A stretch of 64,000 nucleotides of DNA from Subtercola sp. (GCA_025463745.1 JAODBB010000233.1:202-64201); one strand, 5' to 3'; shown: positions 29,947-39,710, counted from the stretch's first letter. Program-made: numbers and translations. Notes: generated by a model not told the origin, from the letters alone.

Positions 29947-30200
29947 GCGGCTCGCTCTTCGGCGATCTGCGCATCGAGCTCATCAGTCGATCTCGACGAA
30001 TACGCGGGCGCCGGGTGGGTGGTCAACCAGCGTGCCGCTTGCTCGCCGGTAAAACGACTGGATTCGTCGGCTACCGGCACGAGGCGAACCAGGGGTCGGC
30101 CTCTCTTCGAGATGACGATGTCTTCGCCCTCACTCGCAGCAGTGACAAGTTTGGAGAGACTATTGCGGGCGTCGAGCACATTGACCGATCGCATGGTCAT
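29937..30200 (-). CDS. vapB: Phd/YefM-family antitoxin
   Basis: VNVLDARNSLSKLV..A..GEDIVISKRGRPLVRLVP. Confidence 0.9.
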   Translation of the reverse strand: MTMRSVNVLDARNSLSKLVTAASEGEDIVISKRGRPLVRLVPVADESSRFTGEQAARWLTTHPAPAYSSRSTDELDAQIAEERAAWE

Positions 30201-30203
30201 CCT

Positions 30204-30228
30204 TTCTGGCTAGATTACCTAGCCAGAA
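30204..30228. promoter_or_regulatory. TA operator palindrome TTCTGGCTAG-N5-CTAGCCAGAA
   Basis: Perfect 10-bp inverted repeat immediately upstream of the antitoxin. Confidence 0.8.
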
Positions 30229-30262
30229 TAGCACGAGAAATGCTCGGAAAGAGGGCGAGCGA

Positions 30263-30454
30263 TCAGCGGTTGACGCGACCACGGCCGAAGACGAGCCAGA
30301 GAATGGTGCCGAGGAGGCTGAGAAAGAAGGCCACGAGCATCCAGACCAACTTGCCGAAGAAGCCGTGGTTCGGGTTTCGGGCGATCGAGACGACGGTGGC
30401 GATGAAGATGATGAAGAAGATGATGCTGAAAACGGAGGCGGTAATCGGGTCCAC
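30263..30454 (-). CDS. Stand-alone PLDc N-terminal domain protein
   Basis: KLVW.L..FF...LG.ILWLVFGR. Confidence 0.75.
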   Translation of the reverse strand: MDPITASVFSIIFFIIFIATVVSIARNPNHGFFGKLVWMLVAFFLSLLGTILWLVFGRGRVNR

Positions 30455-30496
30455 GTGGTCACCACTTTCTGCGCCACGGCGGCGCGTGACGCCAGC

Positions 30497-31588
30497 TTAG
30501 CGGCGGGCCTTCAGCGCGAATCGAATGGATGCGGCGGCGATGGCCAGAATGATCGCCGTCGCCAGCCCGAGAACCACCCACGACACGGCCATCCACCCAT
30601 CGAACGGCGACGCCTGGAACCACCGCACGGCGAAGTTGGCGGTGGAGGCGATAGGGAACGTAAAGGCCCAGAACGCCAGGCTGAACGGAATACGCCGGTA
30701 CTCGGGCAGCAGCAAGAACTGCACGAGCAGCATGATCACCACGACTCCGGCGAACGCGAACTCGATCATGCCTGGCTGTCCGCCCGAAGCGATGAACCAG
30801 GCGATTCCTCCGGTAGCGGGTGGCGCCAGCAACACGGCAAGCGTCGGTTTAACAGCATCCGGCAGCTGACTGCGCGTCATCAGACGCCCGGTGACGATGG
30901 TGCCGACGACGAGCCAGAAGAACACGCCGACGCCGAACGCCGCGACCGCCGCCTCGTGGGCTCCCACGCTGCTAAGACCGATGCTCGCGATGAACGCGCC
31001 GGCCACCACGGGCAGAAAATAGCCCGGATGCAGCGAGTCGATGTTCAGTTCGCCGATGATCCAGTGCGCGAAGAGCTGCGCGGCGACGATGCCGAGGGCG
31101 GCGACGAGTAATGCCATGATCCACGGCGCAGCGGCCGGCACGTACTGGCCGTAGTGCGCCGCGAGAACGATGCCCACCACGGGAATGTACGACGCGAACG
31201 GCCCGATTCCCGGGTGCCTCAGGTCGGCGCGAAAACTGCCCTCCCGAACGATGCCCTGCAGAATGTAGACCACGCTGAAGACCGCCCAGATGACAGCCGC
31301 GACCGCGAAGAGTATCTCTTCCGGCCACCCGGGCGCGCCGATCAGGGTGGCCGCCGCCGACCAGGCGCCGCCGAGACCGCTCAGCCCGAGCGGAATGGCG
31401 AAGAGGTTGAGGCCGAGGCCGCGCGGCCCGCGACGTCGGGTTCGCAGGAGGCGCCCGCGGCCGCCGGTTCGGGTTGCGGATGCACCGGCCGGCGCGCCGG
31501 CGGCTGGTGCGCCGGGCGTCGCGCCGACTGTAGCGCCGACTGTAGCGCCGGTACTGGATGCTGCGTCTGCGTCTGCGTCAGACAGCAC
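30497..31588 (-). CDS. TehA/SLAC1 (TDT) family transporter
   Basis: FAIPLGLSGL, DLRHP, HPGYFLP, LAPP, FWAFTFP. Confidence 0.85.
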   Translation of the reverse strand: MLSDADADAASSTGATVGATVGATPGAPAAGAPAGASATRTGGRGRLLRTRRRGPRGLGLNLFAIPLGLSGLGGAWSAAATLIGAPGWPEEILFAVAAVIWAVFSVVYILQGIVREGSFRADLRHPGIGPFASYIPVVGIVLAAHYGQYVPAAAPWIMALLVAALGIVAAQLFAHWIIGELNIDSLHPGYFLPVVAGAFIASIGLSSVGAHEAAVAAFGVGVFFWLVVGTIVTGRLMTRSQLPDAVKPTLAVLLAPPATGGIAWFIASGGQPGMIEFAFAGVVVIMLLVQFLLLPEYRRIPFSLAFWAFTFPIASTANFAVRWFQASPFDGWMAVSWVVLGLATAIILAIAAASIRFALKARR

Positions 31589-32555
31589 CGAGTGACTCCC
31601 GGTAGACGTACAAGTTCGTGTAGGCGAGCTCGAGCCACGTGACATCCACTGCCGTCTCGCGACCACGGCGGGCGAGGTCGCCGACGACCTGGTCGGCCTC
31701 GACGTCTCGGCCCTGTACGAGGTCGCGATACATCGAGGTGGTGAAGCGCGATCCGGTCTCGGTGAGGGTCTTCACGATGCGGGTGCGCGCCTCGTCGCGA
31801 GGCCCGAAGCCCGCGGCAGTGGCGACGGCGAACGTTTCGTCGACGATCGCCGTGGCCGCGGCGGTTCCGCCCGGCGCCGCAACGATGGGGCCGACTGCTC
31901 CTCGGAGCAGAGTCGTGAGGGCGCCCCCGGCGGCGAGCAGCATCCACTTCTCCCACATGTCATGCTCGATGGTTGTCGAGAGGGTGGTCGTGAAGCCGGC
32001 GTCGGCGAGAGCGGCGTCGACGCCGAGCATCCGCTCGCTCACCGAACCGTCGAACTCGCCATACGAAATGACGCCGCCCGGCCCCACCTGGCGAATGGCG
32101 CCGTCATCGTCGAGCTGCACCGCGACGAGGCAGAGCCCGCCGATCACGTGCCCTGGCCCGAAACATTCGCGCAGAATGTCGATGTGACGCATGCCGTTCA
32201 GCAGGGGCAGGATGACCGTGCCCGGCCCGATCGCAGGAGCCAGGTCATCGAGGGTCTGCTCGAGGGCGTACGACTTCACCGACAGCAGCACGAGGTCGAA
32301 CGGACCGGCATCGGTGGTGGCTGGGCTGTCGGCGTCTCTGCTTGCCGCACTGCCGTCAGCGAGCTGCCGGGCGGTCACCGTGCGCGCGACTATCGCGAAT
32401 TCATCACCCTTCAGCGGCCGAATACGCAGGCCGTCGGCGCGAATGCTCTCGGCCCGCTGCTCCCGCACGAGAAACGTCACATCACGACCCGCCTGCGCGA
32501 GCTTCGCGCCGAAAAAGCCGCCGACCGCGCCTGCACCGACCACCAGAATCCGCAT
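31578..32555 (-). CDS. panE: 2-dehydropantoate 2-reductase family
   Basis: GAGAVGG, VKS, LNG, WEKW, SMYRD, E.D. Confidence 0.82.
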   Translation of the reverse strand: MRILVVGAGAVGGFFGAKLAQAGRDVTFLVREQRAESIRADGLRIRPLKGDEFAIVARTVTARQLADGSAASRDADSPATTDAGPFDLVLLSVKSYALEQTLDDLAPAIGPGTVILPLLNGMRHIDILRECFGPGHVIGGLCLVAVQLDDDGAIRQVGPGGVISYGEFDGSVSERMLGVDAALADAGFTTTLSTTIEHDMWEKWMLLAAGGALTTLLRGAVGPIVAAPGGTAAATAIVDETFAVATAAGFGPRDEARTRIVKTLTETGSRFTTSMYRDLVQGRDVEADQVVGDLARRGRETAVDVTWLELAYTNLYVYRESLGAV

Positions 32556-32781
32556 GAACCGCCACCTTTCTCCCCTTTGAAAGGTATCGCATGGGCTCTT
32601 CGTCCAACGCTTCCCACCCAGCCCACCCGGGCCCGCTGCGACAGCCCGTGCCCGATCAAACCCACGCCGACGACGATCAGAATGGCGGTGCCGAACGGTA
32701 GCGGGTTGTGTCACGACGAACCCGGCAGGCTCTAGGCTTGTGAGGTACGTGACACACGCGAGACCTGAGGAGTCGAAAGCG

Positions 32782-33159
32782 ATGGCCAACAACATTGTCG
32801 ACAGGGCGCCGGGCAGGCCGTTGCCTAAACCGCTCGCCGGCCTGACGTTTGTGATCCTCTGGGTCGTCGCCATCGTGTTGTGGAGCATCGCCCACCTCGT
32901 GACCGACCCGCAGGCCGGCGCATTTGTGGTCGACACCGGTCTGGTGCTCGCCTCGGTGGGCTTCGCGATGCTGTTCATCGACTTCGCCCGCACTGCCGTT
33001 CGCGCCCTGCTTTTCGGCGTCGTGGGCATTCTGCTTTTCGCCATCGGCGACTTCGGCCAGATTCTGGTGCTCACGTACACGCTGCGCATGCTCATCCCGA
33101 TCTTGGCGCTCTTCATGCCAGTCAACCGAATCTCGTCGAACTTCCGCATCTTCGCGTAG
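32782..33159 (+). CDS. Hypothetical 4-TM membrane protein
   Basis: GAGGAG RBS; hydrophobic helices; C-ending codons. Confidence 0.7.
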   Translation: MANNIVDRAPGRPLPKPLAGLTFVILWVVAIVLWSIAHLVTDPQAGAFVVDTGLVLASVGFAMLFIDFARTAVRALLFGVVGILLFAIGDFGQILVLTYTLRMLIPILALFMPVNRISSNFRIFA

Positions 33160-33211
33160 CTCGCCTCACCGACTCTCGCTCTTCTGTGAGGCGAGCGGTA
33201 CGGTGGAACGC

Positions 33212-33982
33212 ATGACGGCGATCGTGCTCATTCCGGGCGCCGGCGGCGACAGCTGGTTCTGGTACCGCGTCGTGCCGCTGCTCGAAGCACACGGATTCGC
33301 GGTGCTCGCGCCCGACCTGCCCGCCAGCGACGAGACGGCGACGTTCGATGACTATGCCGACGTCGTGGTTCGCGCCGTCGAGGCTCTCCGCGAGGCAAGC
33401 ACGGGCAGCGCACCCGACCCAGCCGACGCGTCGAGCTCAGATGCAACCGAGGCCAGCGCCGTTGACGACGACCTCGTCGTCGTGGCGCAATCCCTCGCCG
33501 GATTCACCGCCGTACGCGTGTGCGAACGCCTCAACGTCCGCCTGCTGATCTTCGTCAACGCGATGATTCCGGCGCTGGGCGAAACCGCCGGCGACTGGTG
33601 GGCGAACACGGGTCAAGGTGCCGCCGCTGCGGCCTATGCCGTGAGCGAAGGTCGCGATCCTCACGCGCCATTCGACGTGATCGAGACCTTCTTTCACGAC
33701 GTGCCTCCTGATGTCGTCGCAACCGCCATGGAGCGGGGGGAGAAGCCGCAGAGTGATGGCATCTTCGCGGCGCCATGGGTTGCGACCAGCTGGCCGGCCA
33801 CGAACGTGAAGGTCATCACCGGGCTGCGCGACCGGCTCTTTCCGTTAGCCTTCATGCAGAAGCTCAGTCGCGAACGCCTCGCCATCGAGCCGGCGGTCGT
33901 CGACGGCGGTCACCTCTCTGCGCTGAGCGCTCCGGATGATCTCGCCCAGCTCATCACCGATTTCACCCTGGACCGGGCGTGA
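33212..33982 (+). CDS. Alpha/beta hydrolase
   Basis: IPGAG, DLP, AQSLAG, DRLFP, GGH. Confidence 0.85.
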   Translation: MTAIVLIPGAGGDSWFWYRVVPLLEAHGFAVLAPDLPASDETATFDDYADVVVRAVEALREASTGSAPDPADASSSDATEASAVDDDLVVVAQSLAGFTAVRVCERLNVRLLIFVNAMIPALGETAGDWWANTGQGAAAAAYAVSEGRDPHAPFDVIETFFHDVPPDVVATAMERGEKPQSDGIFAAPWVATSWPATNVKVITGLRDRLFPLAFMQKLSRERLAIEPAVVDGGHLSALSAPDDLAQLITDFTLDRA

Positions 33983-34109
33983 CTCGGGCCCTGCCCCGCG
34001 CCAGACCTTTCAACGAATCTCACCCAATTCGACGAATTCACGCGTCTGCCGTAATGAAACGCACCTTTTCGTGTCTCCCATTTGGGGGGTATTTTCCAAA
34101 GGGGTAGTC

Positions 34110-34490
34110 ATGAAATCGATCGCAGTCAGTTACGACGCGGATTCGCGGGTTTTCGAGTTTCACAATCACCGGGGGCGAACCGTCGACATCGCGGCCGCAC
34201 CCGGCAGGCCCACGGCCGTCGCACCGCCGCCGGTCGGTTCGGTCTTGGGCTCGGGCACGCTCATCGGTTACCTCTCGCGAGCGGCCCACGAACGGGGGCT
34301 ACGGCTGGTCATCCTCACCGTTCTCACTGATTCGGGCGAACAAGTCGCCGGCCCGGTTCTCAGCGATCAGCTCGATGACGAAGAGGCCGGCCTCATCATG
34401 AGAGCCGCGGCACGAACCGACGACCCCATCAGCACGTTGCGCCGGTTCTTGACCTTCCGCCCCGACCGCGGAGCGGCCCTGGCTCGCTGA
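34110..34490 (+). CDS. Hypothetical protein
   Basis: Fills the gap after an AT-rich upstream region; no family recognised. Confidence 0.55.
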   Translation: MKSIAVSYDADSRVFEFHNHRGRTVDIAAAPGRPTAVAPPPVGSVLGSGTLIGYLSRAAHERGLRLVILTVLTDSGEQVAGPVLSDQLDDEEAGLIMRAAARTDDPISTLRRFLTFRPDRGAALAR

Positions 34491-34555
34491 GCGAGACCTC
34501 AGACCCGCGCTTCACCGAAACGCGGGGCAGCCGGGGCATCGACCGGCGGAGAGGG

Positions 34556-36133
34556 TCAATGCCCGACGGGCGCCCCGTCCGGGGCGTCGGCCGGCTTGCG
34601 CACGAAGAACGACACCACAATGGCCCCGATCGAGATGATCGCGCCCACCAGGAAGGCCGCCCGAATGCCATCCGTCTGAGCCAGCAGCGGATTGTCTCCG
34701 GTTGCGATGAGCGTGGTCGCCCGCGTCGACATGATCGTCACGAACAGCGCGGTGCCTGCTGCTCCGGCGACTTGCTGAATCGTGCCCACGACCGCCGAGC
34801 CATGGGAGTAGAGAGCGGGCTTCAACGAACCGAGGCTCGACGTGAAGAGCGGCGTGAAGAGCAGCGCCAAGCCGACACTGAGCACGATGTGCACGATCAA
34901 GACCATCCATACCGGCGTGGTATCGGTCACCATGGTGAGGCTCCAGAGAGCGGCACTCACGATGAATGAACCCGGAATGAGCAACACGCCCGGCCCGCGC
35001 TTGTCGTAGATTCGGCCCACGACCGGCGCGAGAGCGCCCATCACCAGACCACCCGGGAGCAGCAGCAGACCGGTTGACAACGTGGTGAGCCCCAACACGT
35101 TCTGCAGGTAGATCGGCAGCAGAATGAGGGTGCCGAACAGCGCCATCATGCTGATCGCGAACATGATGATCGACAGCGTGAAGTTCTTCGAGAGGAACGT
35201 ACGCAGGTCGAGCAGCGCTCGATCACCGCGCTGCAACTGCACCTGGCGAAGTATGAAGAGAGCCAGCGCGACGCCACCGATCACGAGCGGGCCCCAGCTG
35301 GGCATCCAGCCCACCGGCACACCGCCGCCACCGATCGTGGTCAGGCCGTACACCAGCCCGCCGAAACCGAAGGCCGAGAGGATGACCGAGAGCACGTCGA
35401 ACGGCGCCTTACGCGGGGTGGTCACGTTCGGGATGCGCATGGCCCCGATGACGAGCGCGACGAGGGCGATCGGCAGCACGAGCCAGAACATCCAGCGCCA
35501 GTCGAGCACGCTCAGAATGAGCCCGGCGATCGTGGGGCCGATGGCCGGGGCGACCGAGATGACGATCGAGATGTTGCCCATGGTGCGGCCGCGCGACGCC
35601 GGCGGAACCAGCGTCATCACCGTCGTGATGAGAAGCGGGAACATGATGGCCGTGCCGCAGGCCTGAATCACGCGCCCGACGATGAGCATGTCGAACCCGG
35701 GAGCGGTCGCGGCGAGCAAGGTGCCGAGGCTGAAGAACGACATCGCGGCGATGTAGACGGGCTTCGTATTGAAGCGCTGCAGCAGGTAACCGGTGATGGG
35801 AATCACGACGGCCATCGTGAGCATGAACGCGGTGGTGACCCACTGCGCCTGCTCAGCCGGAATGTCGAGGCTCACCATGAGCTTCGGCAGAGCCACGCTC
35901 ATGATGGTCTCGTTCAAAATGACGATGAACGTGCTGACCAGCAGGATGCCGATCACCAAGCGGTTGCGGGCGTCGAGACGGGTTTCTTCTACGGCGTCGG
36001 CAGCGCTCGTCGACGAGCCGCGAGAGCCAGGGGCAGTGTCGACGAACACTTCGGTCGGCGCCTCCGTCGCGAACTGCGTGGAGGAGAGATGGGCGGAATC
36101 GGTTCGTACGTCGGGCAGTGTGTTGTCAGACAC
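34556..36133 (-). CDS. DHA2 MFS efflux permease (LmrB-like)
   Basis: ILNET, QWVTTAFML, GRVIQA.G, APAIGPT, WRW.F. Confidence 0.92.
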   Translation of the reverse strand: MSDNTLPDVRTDSAHLSSTQFATEAPTEVFVDTAPGSRGSSTSAADAVEETRLDARNRLVIGILLVSTFIVILNETIMSVALPKLMVSLDIPAEQAQWVTTAFMLTMAVVIPITGYLLQRFNTKPVYIAAMSFFSLGTLLAATAPGFDMLIVGRVIQACGTAIMFPLLITTVMTLVPPASRGRTMGNISIVISVAPAIGPTIAGLILSVLDWRWMFWLVLPIALVALVIGAMRIPNVTTPRKAPFDVLSVILSAFGFGGLVYGLTTIGGGGVPVGWMPSWGPLVIGGVALALFILRQVQLQRGDRALLDLRTFLSKNFTLSIIMFAISMMALFGTLILLPIYLQNVLGLTTLSTGLLLLPGGLVMGALAPVVGRIYDKRGPGVLLIPGSFIVSAALWSLTMVTDTTPVWMVLIVHIVLSVGLALLFTPLFTSSLGSLKPALYSHGSAVVGTIQQVAGAAGTALFVTIMSTRATTLIATGDNPLLAQTDGIRAAFLVGAIISIGAIVVSFFVRKPADAPDGAPVGH

Positions 36134-36372
36134 CCGGGCTCCTGTCGTTGCAAGCAGTAGTGGTGTGAAAAGTCTTCAGGTGAGAAAGTGCGGGCGAATC
36201 GTAAAAGCGGCGCAACGACTGGTTTATTCCGTTGTGACGGTGAATTCTTCGCGTTTGCTCACGCTAGCGATAGGCACCGACAACCATCCCCTGAAGTCGA
36301 TGTGTACGCCGTCTACATTACTCGATGGGGGCCGCTCGGCGCCAGTCGAGATTTCCGGCTCGCCGAGCGCCC

Positions 36373-36828
36373 CTACTCCAGCGCCCGCTCGAAGCAGAGC
36401 GAACCGGCAGAATCGGCGTAATAACCGAAGCACGGAATCGGCAGATAGTGCTCCCGCTCATAAAAGCGCACGGCGTCGGGCTGGGCCGGGCCGGTTTCGA
36501 GCCGCAGCAGGGTGAGGCCCCGTGCGCGGGCTTCGCCTTCGAGGGCGCGCAAGAGTTGCGTCGAAACGCCGGTGCCGCGGGCCGCCGGGGTAACGAACAT
36601 CCGCTTGATTTCGGCAACGCCGTCACCCAAGAGACGAAGGGCACCACAGCCCAGCGCGTCTCCCTCGGCCGAGCGGGCGATCAGAAAGACTTCGATGTCG
36701 CCGGCCGTCGGTTTGGTGCCCGGTTCGGTGTCTGCACCGTACCTATTGTCGAGTTCGTCGCGCTGGGCCTTTCGCAGGCCGTGGCCATCGGGGTCGTTCC
36801 AGTCGGCCGGTTCTATCGAAATACTCAC
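36373..36828 (-). CDS. GNAT acetyltransferase
   Basis: GCGALR, EIKRMFV.PAARGTG, LETG..QPDA..FYE. Confidence 0.88.
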   Translation of the reverse strand: MSISIEPADWNDPDGHGLRKAQRDELDNRYGADTEPGTKPTAGDIEVFLIARSAEGDALGCGALRLLGDGVAEIKRMFVTPAARGTGVSTQLLRALEGEARARGLTLLRLETGPAQPDAVRFYEREHYLPIPCFGYYADSAGSLCFERALE

Positions 36829-36923
36829 ACCGGCAATTCTTCTACCAACCGGTGCGCGCCACCGAACGCCACGAGACCCATCGTGCAGCCGGTGCAGATT
36901 GAGGGGACACACCCTAGGCTCGA

Positions 36924-37436
36924 ATGGTGAGTCTGTCAGGCATCATCATCCGCCCCACTACCGAAGACGACTGGCTCGACGTGCGCGCGCTGCGCCTCGA
37001 GATGCTCGCCGACACGCCCATGGCCTTCGGTGACACGCTCGAGTCTGCTCGTGCTCTCGGCGAGAGCTACTGGCGTGAGCGCGGGCGCCGCGGAACGGCC
37101 GGATCCGGAGCCAACCTGGCCGCGATCGAGTCGGCCGATGAGCGGTGGGTGGGCACGATGGGCGGCTACGTCGACCGCACATCGGGCCCCATGCTCGTGG
37201 GCGTCTACGTCTCACCCGACTACCGCGGGGCCGCACGCGGTGTGACCGACGCCCTGATGGCCGGCATCGAAGAGTGGGCACGCACCGAGTCGGATGCCCT
37301 GACCCTCCGTGTGCACTCCCAGAACACTCGTGCGATCACGGCGTACGAGCGTCGCGGATACGTGGCCACTGGGCGGCTGTTCCCTTACATTCTCAACCCG
37401 CACCAGCGCGAGATGGAGATGCGTAAGGCGCTCTGA
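36924..37436 (+). CDS. GNAT acetyltransferase
   Basis: RALRLEML.D.P.AF, VYVSPDYRG, N.RA..AYERRGY. Confidence 0.88.
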   Translation: MVSLSGIIIRPTTEDDWLDVRALRLEMLADTPMAFGDTLESARALGESYWRERGRRGTAGSGANLAAIESADERWVGTMGGYVDRTSGPMLVGVYVSPDYRGAARGVTDALMAGIEEWARTESDALTLRVHSQNTRAITAYERRGYVATGRLFPYILNPHQREMEMRKAL

Positions 37437-37700
37437 GTCTGCGGCGCCGGCCACGCGCTGCAATCCGATCGGCTCGACACCATTCGGGCGGTACTGGCCA
37501 AGAAGGCGCGATTGCGGGAGGCGTCGGCTCGCTGAGGTGTCGGCCCAGCTCGCCGAGGTCGTCAGCGCCGCTGCGGCTGCCGTCTCCGAGCAGAACGCCG
37601 CATAAGCACTTCTCCTCCACAATCGCGTGATCCGCCGCCCCGTGCACAGTTTCTGTGCCGGGGGCAGTCGGCGGTGGATGCCCGCGCCGATGATCGTGGC

Positions 37701-38315
37701 ATGACAACTCTCACCGCCGAACACCCAACCCTCGTCGAACACTCATCCGGGCGTGAACCCGCAGCCGCTGACGGGCGGGCTTCCTCGCTCGAACGCCCCA
37801 CCGAAGACGAACGTGCGGTGCCGCACGAACAGGCCGCCGAGCACGAACGCGCGGCCCAGCTCGAGCATGCCTCGCAGCACGAGCACCATCCGCTGCTCGG
37901 CCAGCCACTCACTTCAGATCAGCAGATCGAAGAGCGTGTCATGTGCACGGTCGGCACCGCGTGCCGACACCAACTCTGGTTCTTACTGCTCACTTCTTCT
38001 GACTTGCAAGTGCCCATCGCCCTGCCGTGCGACGACCTTCCACTCGAGCCCAGCGAGACTCACGTCGACACCCTCCTCGCCTTCTGCGCAGGTCTTATGG
38101 CCGACCGCGGCGCCACTCAACTCGTTGCTGTGTGGGAGCGGCCGGGCCGTGGTGCCCTGAACCAGGCGGATGCACGGTGGGCGCAGACCATCGCAACCAC
38201 CTGTGCGCGGCGCGGCATCCGCCTTCGTGCCCAGTTGCTCAGCCACACCCGGGGTGTCTGCCTCCTACAGGCCTCCGACCTGCTCGACACCGAAGGCGAC
38301 GAGGCAGCACCGTAG
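37701..38315 (+). CDS. Hypothetical protein with low-complexity His/Glu N-terminus
   Basis: Globular-looking C-terminal part (QLWFLLL, WERPG, RAQLLSH). Confidence 0.65.
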   Translation: MTTLTAEHPTLVEHSSGREPAAADGRASSLERPTEDERAVPHEQAAEHERAAQLEHASQHEHHPLLGQPLTSDQQIEERVMCTVGTACRHQLWFLLLTSSDLQVPIALPCDDLPLEPSETHVDTLLAFCAGLMADRGATQLVAVWERPGRGALNQADARWAQTIATTCARRGIRLRAQLLSHTRGVCLLQASDLLDTEGDEAAP

Positions 38316-38436
38316 TGACATCCCCGAGGCGTAGCGGGCCACTGTCGACCAGAAGCACTGCCACCCCGCGGACGGGGCGGACGCTCGGCAAGGCCCGCCA
38401 CTCTGCGCGGTGTGGCAAACGGGAGATCTTGGTCGG

Positions 38437-39078
38437 CTACGCGCCCAGCCGCTTCCAGTACGGGCGAAACTGGATGCTGATGCGCGGGCCGACGGCCTGC
38501 TTGGTCTTCAGAATCGCGTGCTCGTGCGTGCGCTGACAGCTGCCGCCCATCACCACCAGGTCACCGTGGCCCACCGCGAACCGGCGAACCTCGCCGCCTC
38601 CCTTGGGTCGTAACGACAGCGTTCGCTCGGCGCCCACCGAGACGATCGCCACCATCGTGTCTCGGTTGATCAGCCGGCCCACCCGATCGCCGTGCCACGC
38701 CACGCTGTCGTCGCCCGTTCGATAAAAACAGAGCCCAGCGGTCTCGAAGACCTGGTCTTTCGGCCGCCCGTAGTGCTCATTGAGGTCGAACTGGGCGCGC
38801 TCGAGCACCGCATCCGGAAGGGCCTGCTCGGGCCCGAACCACGACACCAACCGCGGCACAGCCACAATCCGGTCGTACATCTCGCGCTTGTCAGCCTTCC
38901 ACGGCACGTGTTGTGCCATGCGCTCGAAGAGCTCATCCGAGTTCGTGACCCATCCCGGCCTCACGTCGAGCCACGCCCCCTGGCCGAGCTCTACTCGCTC
39001 AACGGCATCGCCGAGCGGCTCGAGCTCGGGCTCTGCACCCGGCTCGTCGAACAGTGAGGTCTGATACACGAGTTCCAT
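38437..39078 (-). CDS. alkB: AlkB-family 2OG-Fe(II) dioxygenase
   Basis: VPRL, YR...DSVAWHGD, HGDL.VMGG..Q..HEH, RISIQFR. Confidence 0.88.
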   Translation of the reverse strand: MELVYQTSLFDEPGAEPELEPLGDAVERVELGQGAWLDVRPGWVTNSDELFERMAQHVPWKADKREMYDRIVAVPRLVSWFGPEQALPDAVLERAQFDLNEHYGRPKDQVFETAGLCFYRTGDDSVAWHGDRVGRLINRDTMVAIVSVGAERTLSLRPKGGGEVRRFAVGHGDLVVMGGSCQRTHEHAILKTKQAVGPRISIQFRPYWKRLGA

Positions 39079-39097
39079 ACCTCCACGCTACACACAT

Positions 39098-39113
39098 TCG
39101 AACATATGTTCGA
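39098..39113. promoter_or_regulatory. LexA SOS box TCGAAC-ATAT-GTTCGA
   Basis: Perfect actinobacterial consensus next to the alkB -10 (TAGCGT, 39090-39085). Confidence 0.9.
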
Positions 39114-39190
39114 GGCCTCTCGACACATTCCTTCTGCTGTCGGTCGGTCGCATCACGCAAGAGAAGAGACGGAATACATCTGTTGCTGAA

Positions 39191-39710
39191 ATGCAGCTTT
39201 ACGAGTTCACTGTGCTCCTTGATCGTTCGCTCGACGACGACGATTACAAACGACTCTACGAAGCCGGCCTTGATGACACCACACCCGGAGTTGAGAACGG
39301 CCAAGGCTTCTTGATGGTCTCCCGTCAAGCTGAGTCGCTCCCGAGGGCCGTGGTGAGTATCGCGGATGATGCTCAGCGTGCTGGCTTCGCTATTGTCGGC
39401 GTTCGCGACGAAGACCTCCTTTCGCTGAGAACGATCGCAGCCCGAGTGGGCAGGTCATACGAGTCATTGCGACTCTTGGCGGCCGGCAAACGTGGGCCGG
39501 GCGGATTTCCAGCTTCACCGTCGACCGACGGCTGGGCCGTCTATTCGTGGGTCGCTGTGGCTAGATGGTTCGAACAACATCACTTTGTGACATCCGTTAG
39601 CTGTCAGCACCGATCATCTCGCGCTTGTTGCTGCGAATCATCTCTTTCAGGCCCGAGCGCTCGTTGACGCGCCGACGCTTTCTGAGCTCTCTGCCCTCAC
39701 GGCCGCCTGA
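39191..39710 (+). pseudogene. Frameshifted HTH DNA-binding (antitoxin-like) gene, lower GC
   Basis: DLLSLRTIAARVGRSYESLRLL..GKRGPGGFP HTH; plausible C-terminus continues in +1 frame to TGA 39710. Confidence 0.6.

Noticed and set aside
31578-33149. 523-aa PanE with a long N-terminal extension
   Set aside because: The extension is antisense to the 32782-33159 gene; the true start MRILVVGAG at 32555 has an AAAGG RBS
36134-36372. Long MFS upstream region as a riboswitch or SigH promoter
   Set aside because: GGAAT-to-GTT spacing is wrong and no recognisable aptamer or terminator is present
37440-37605. Coding-like fragment ending AEVSAQLAEVVSAAAAAVSEQNAA*
   Set aside because: No credible start or recognisable family; may be a remnant but cannot be supported
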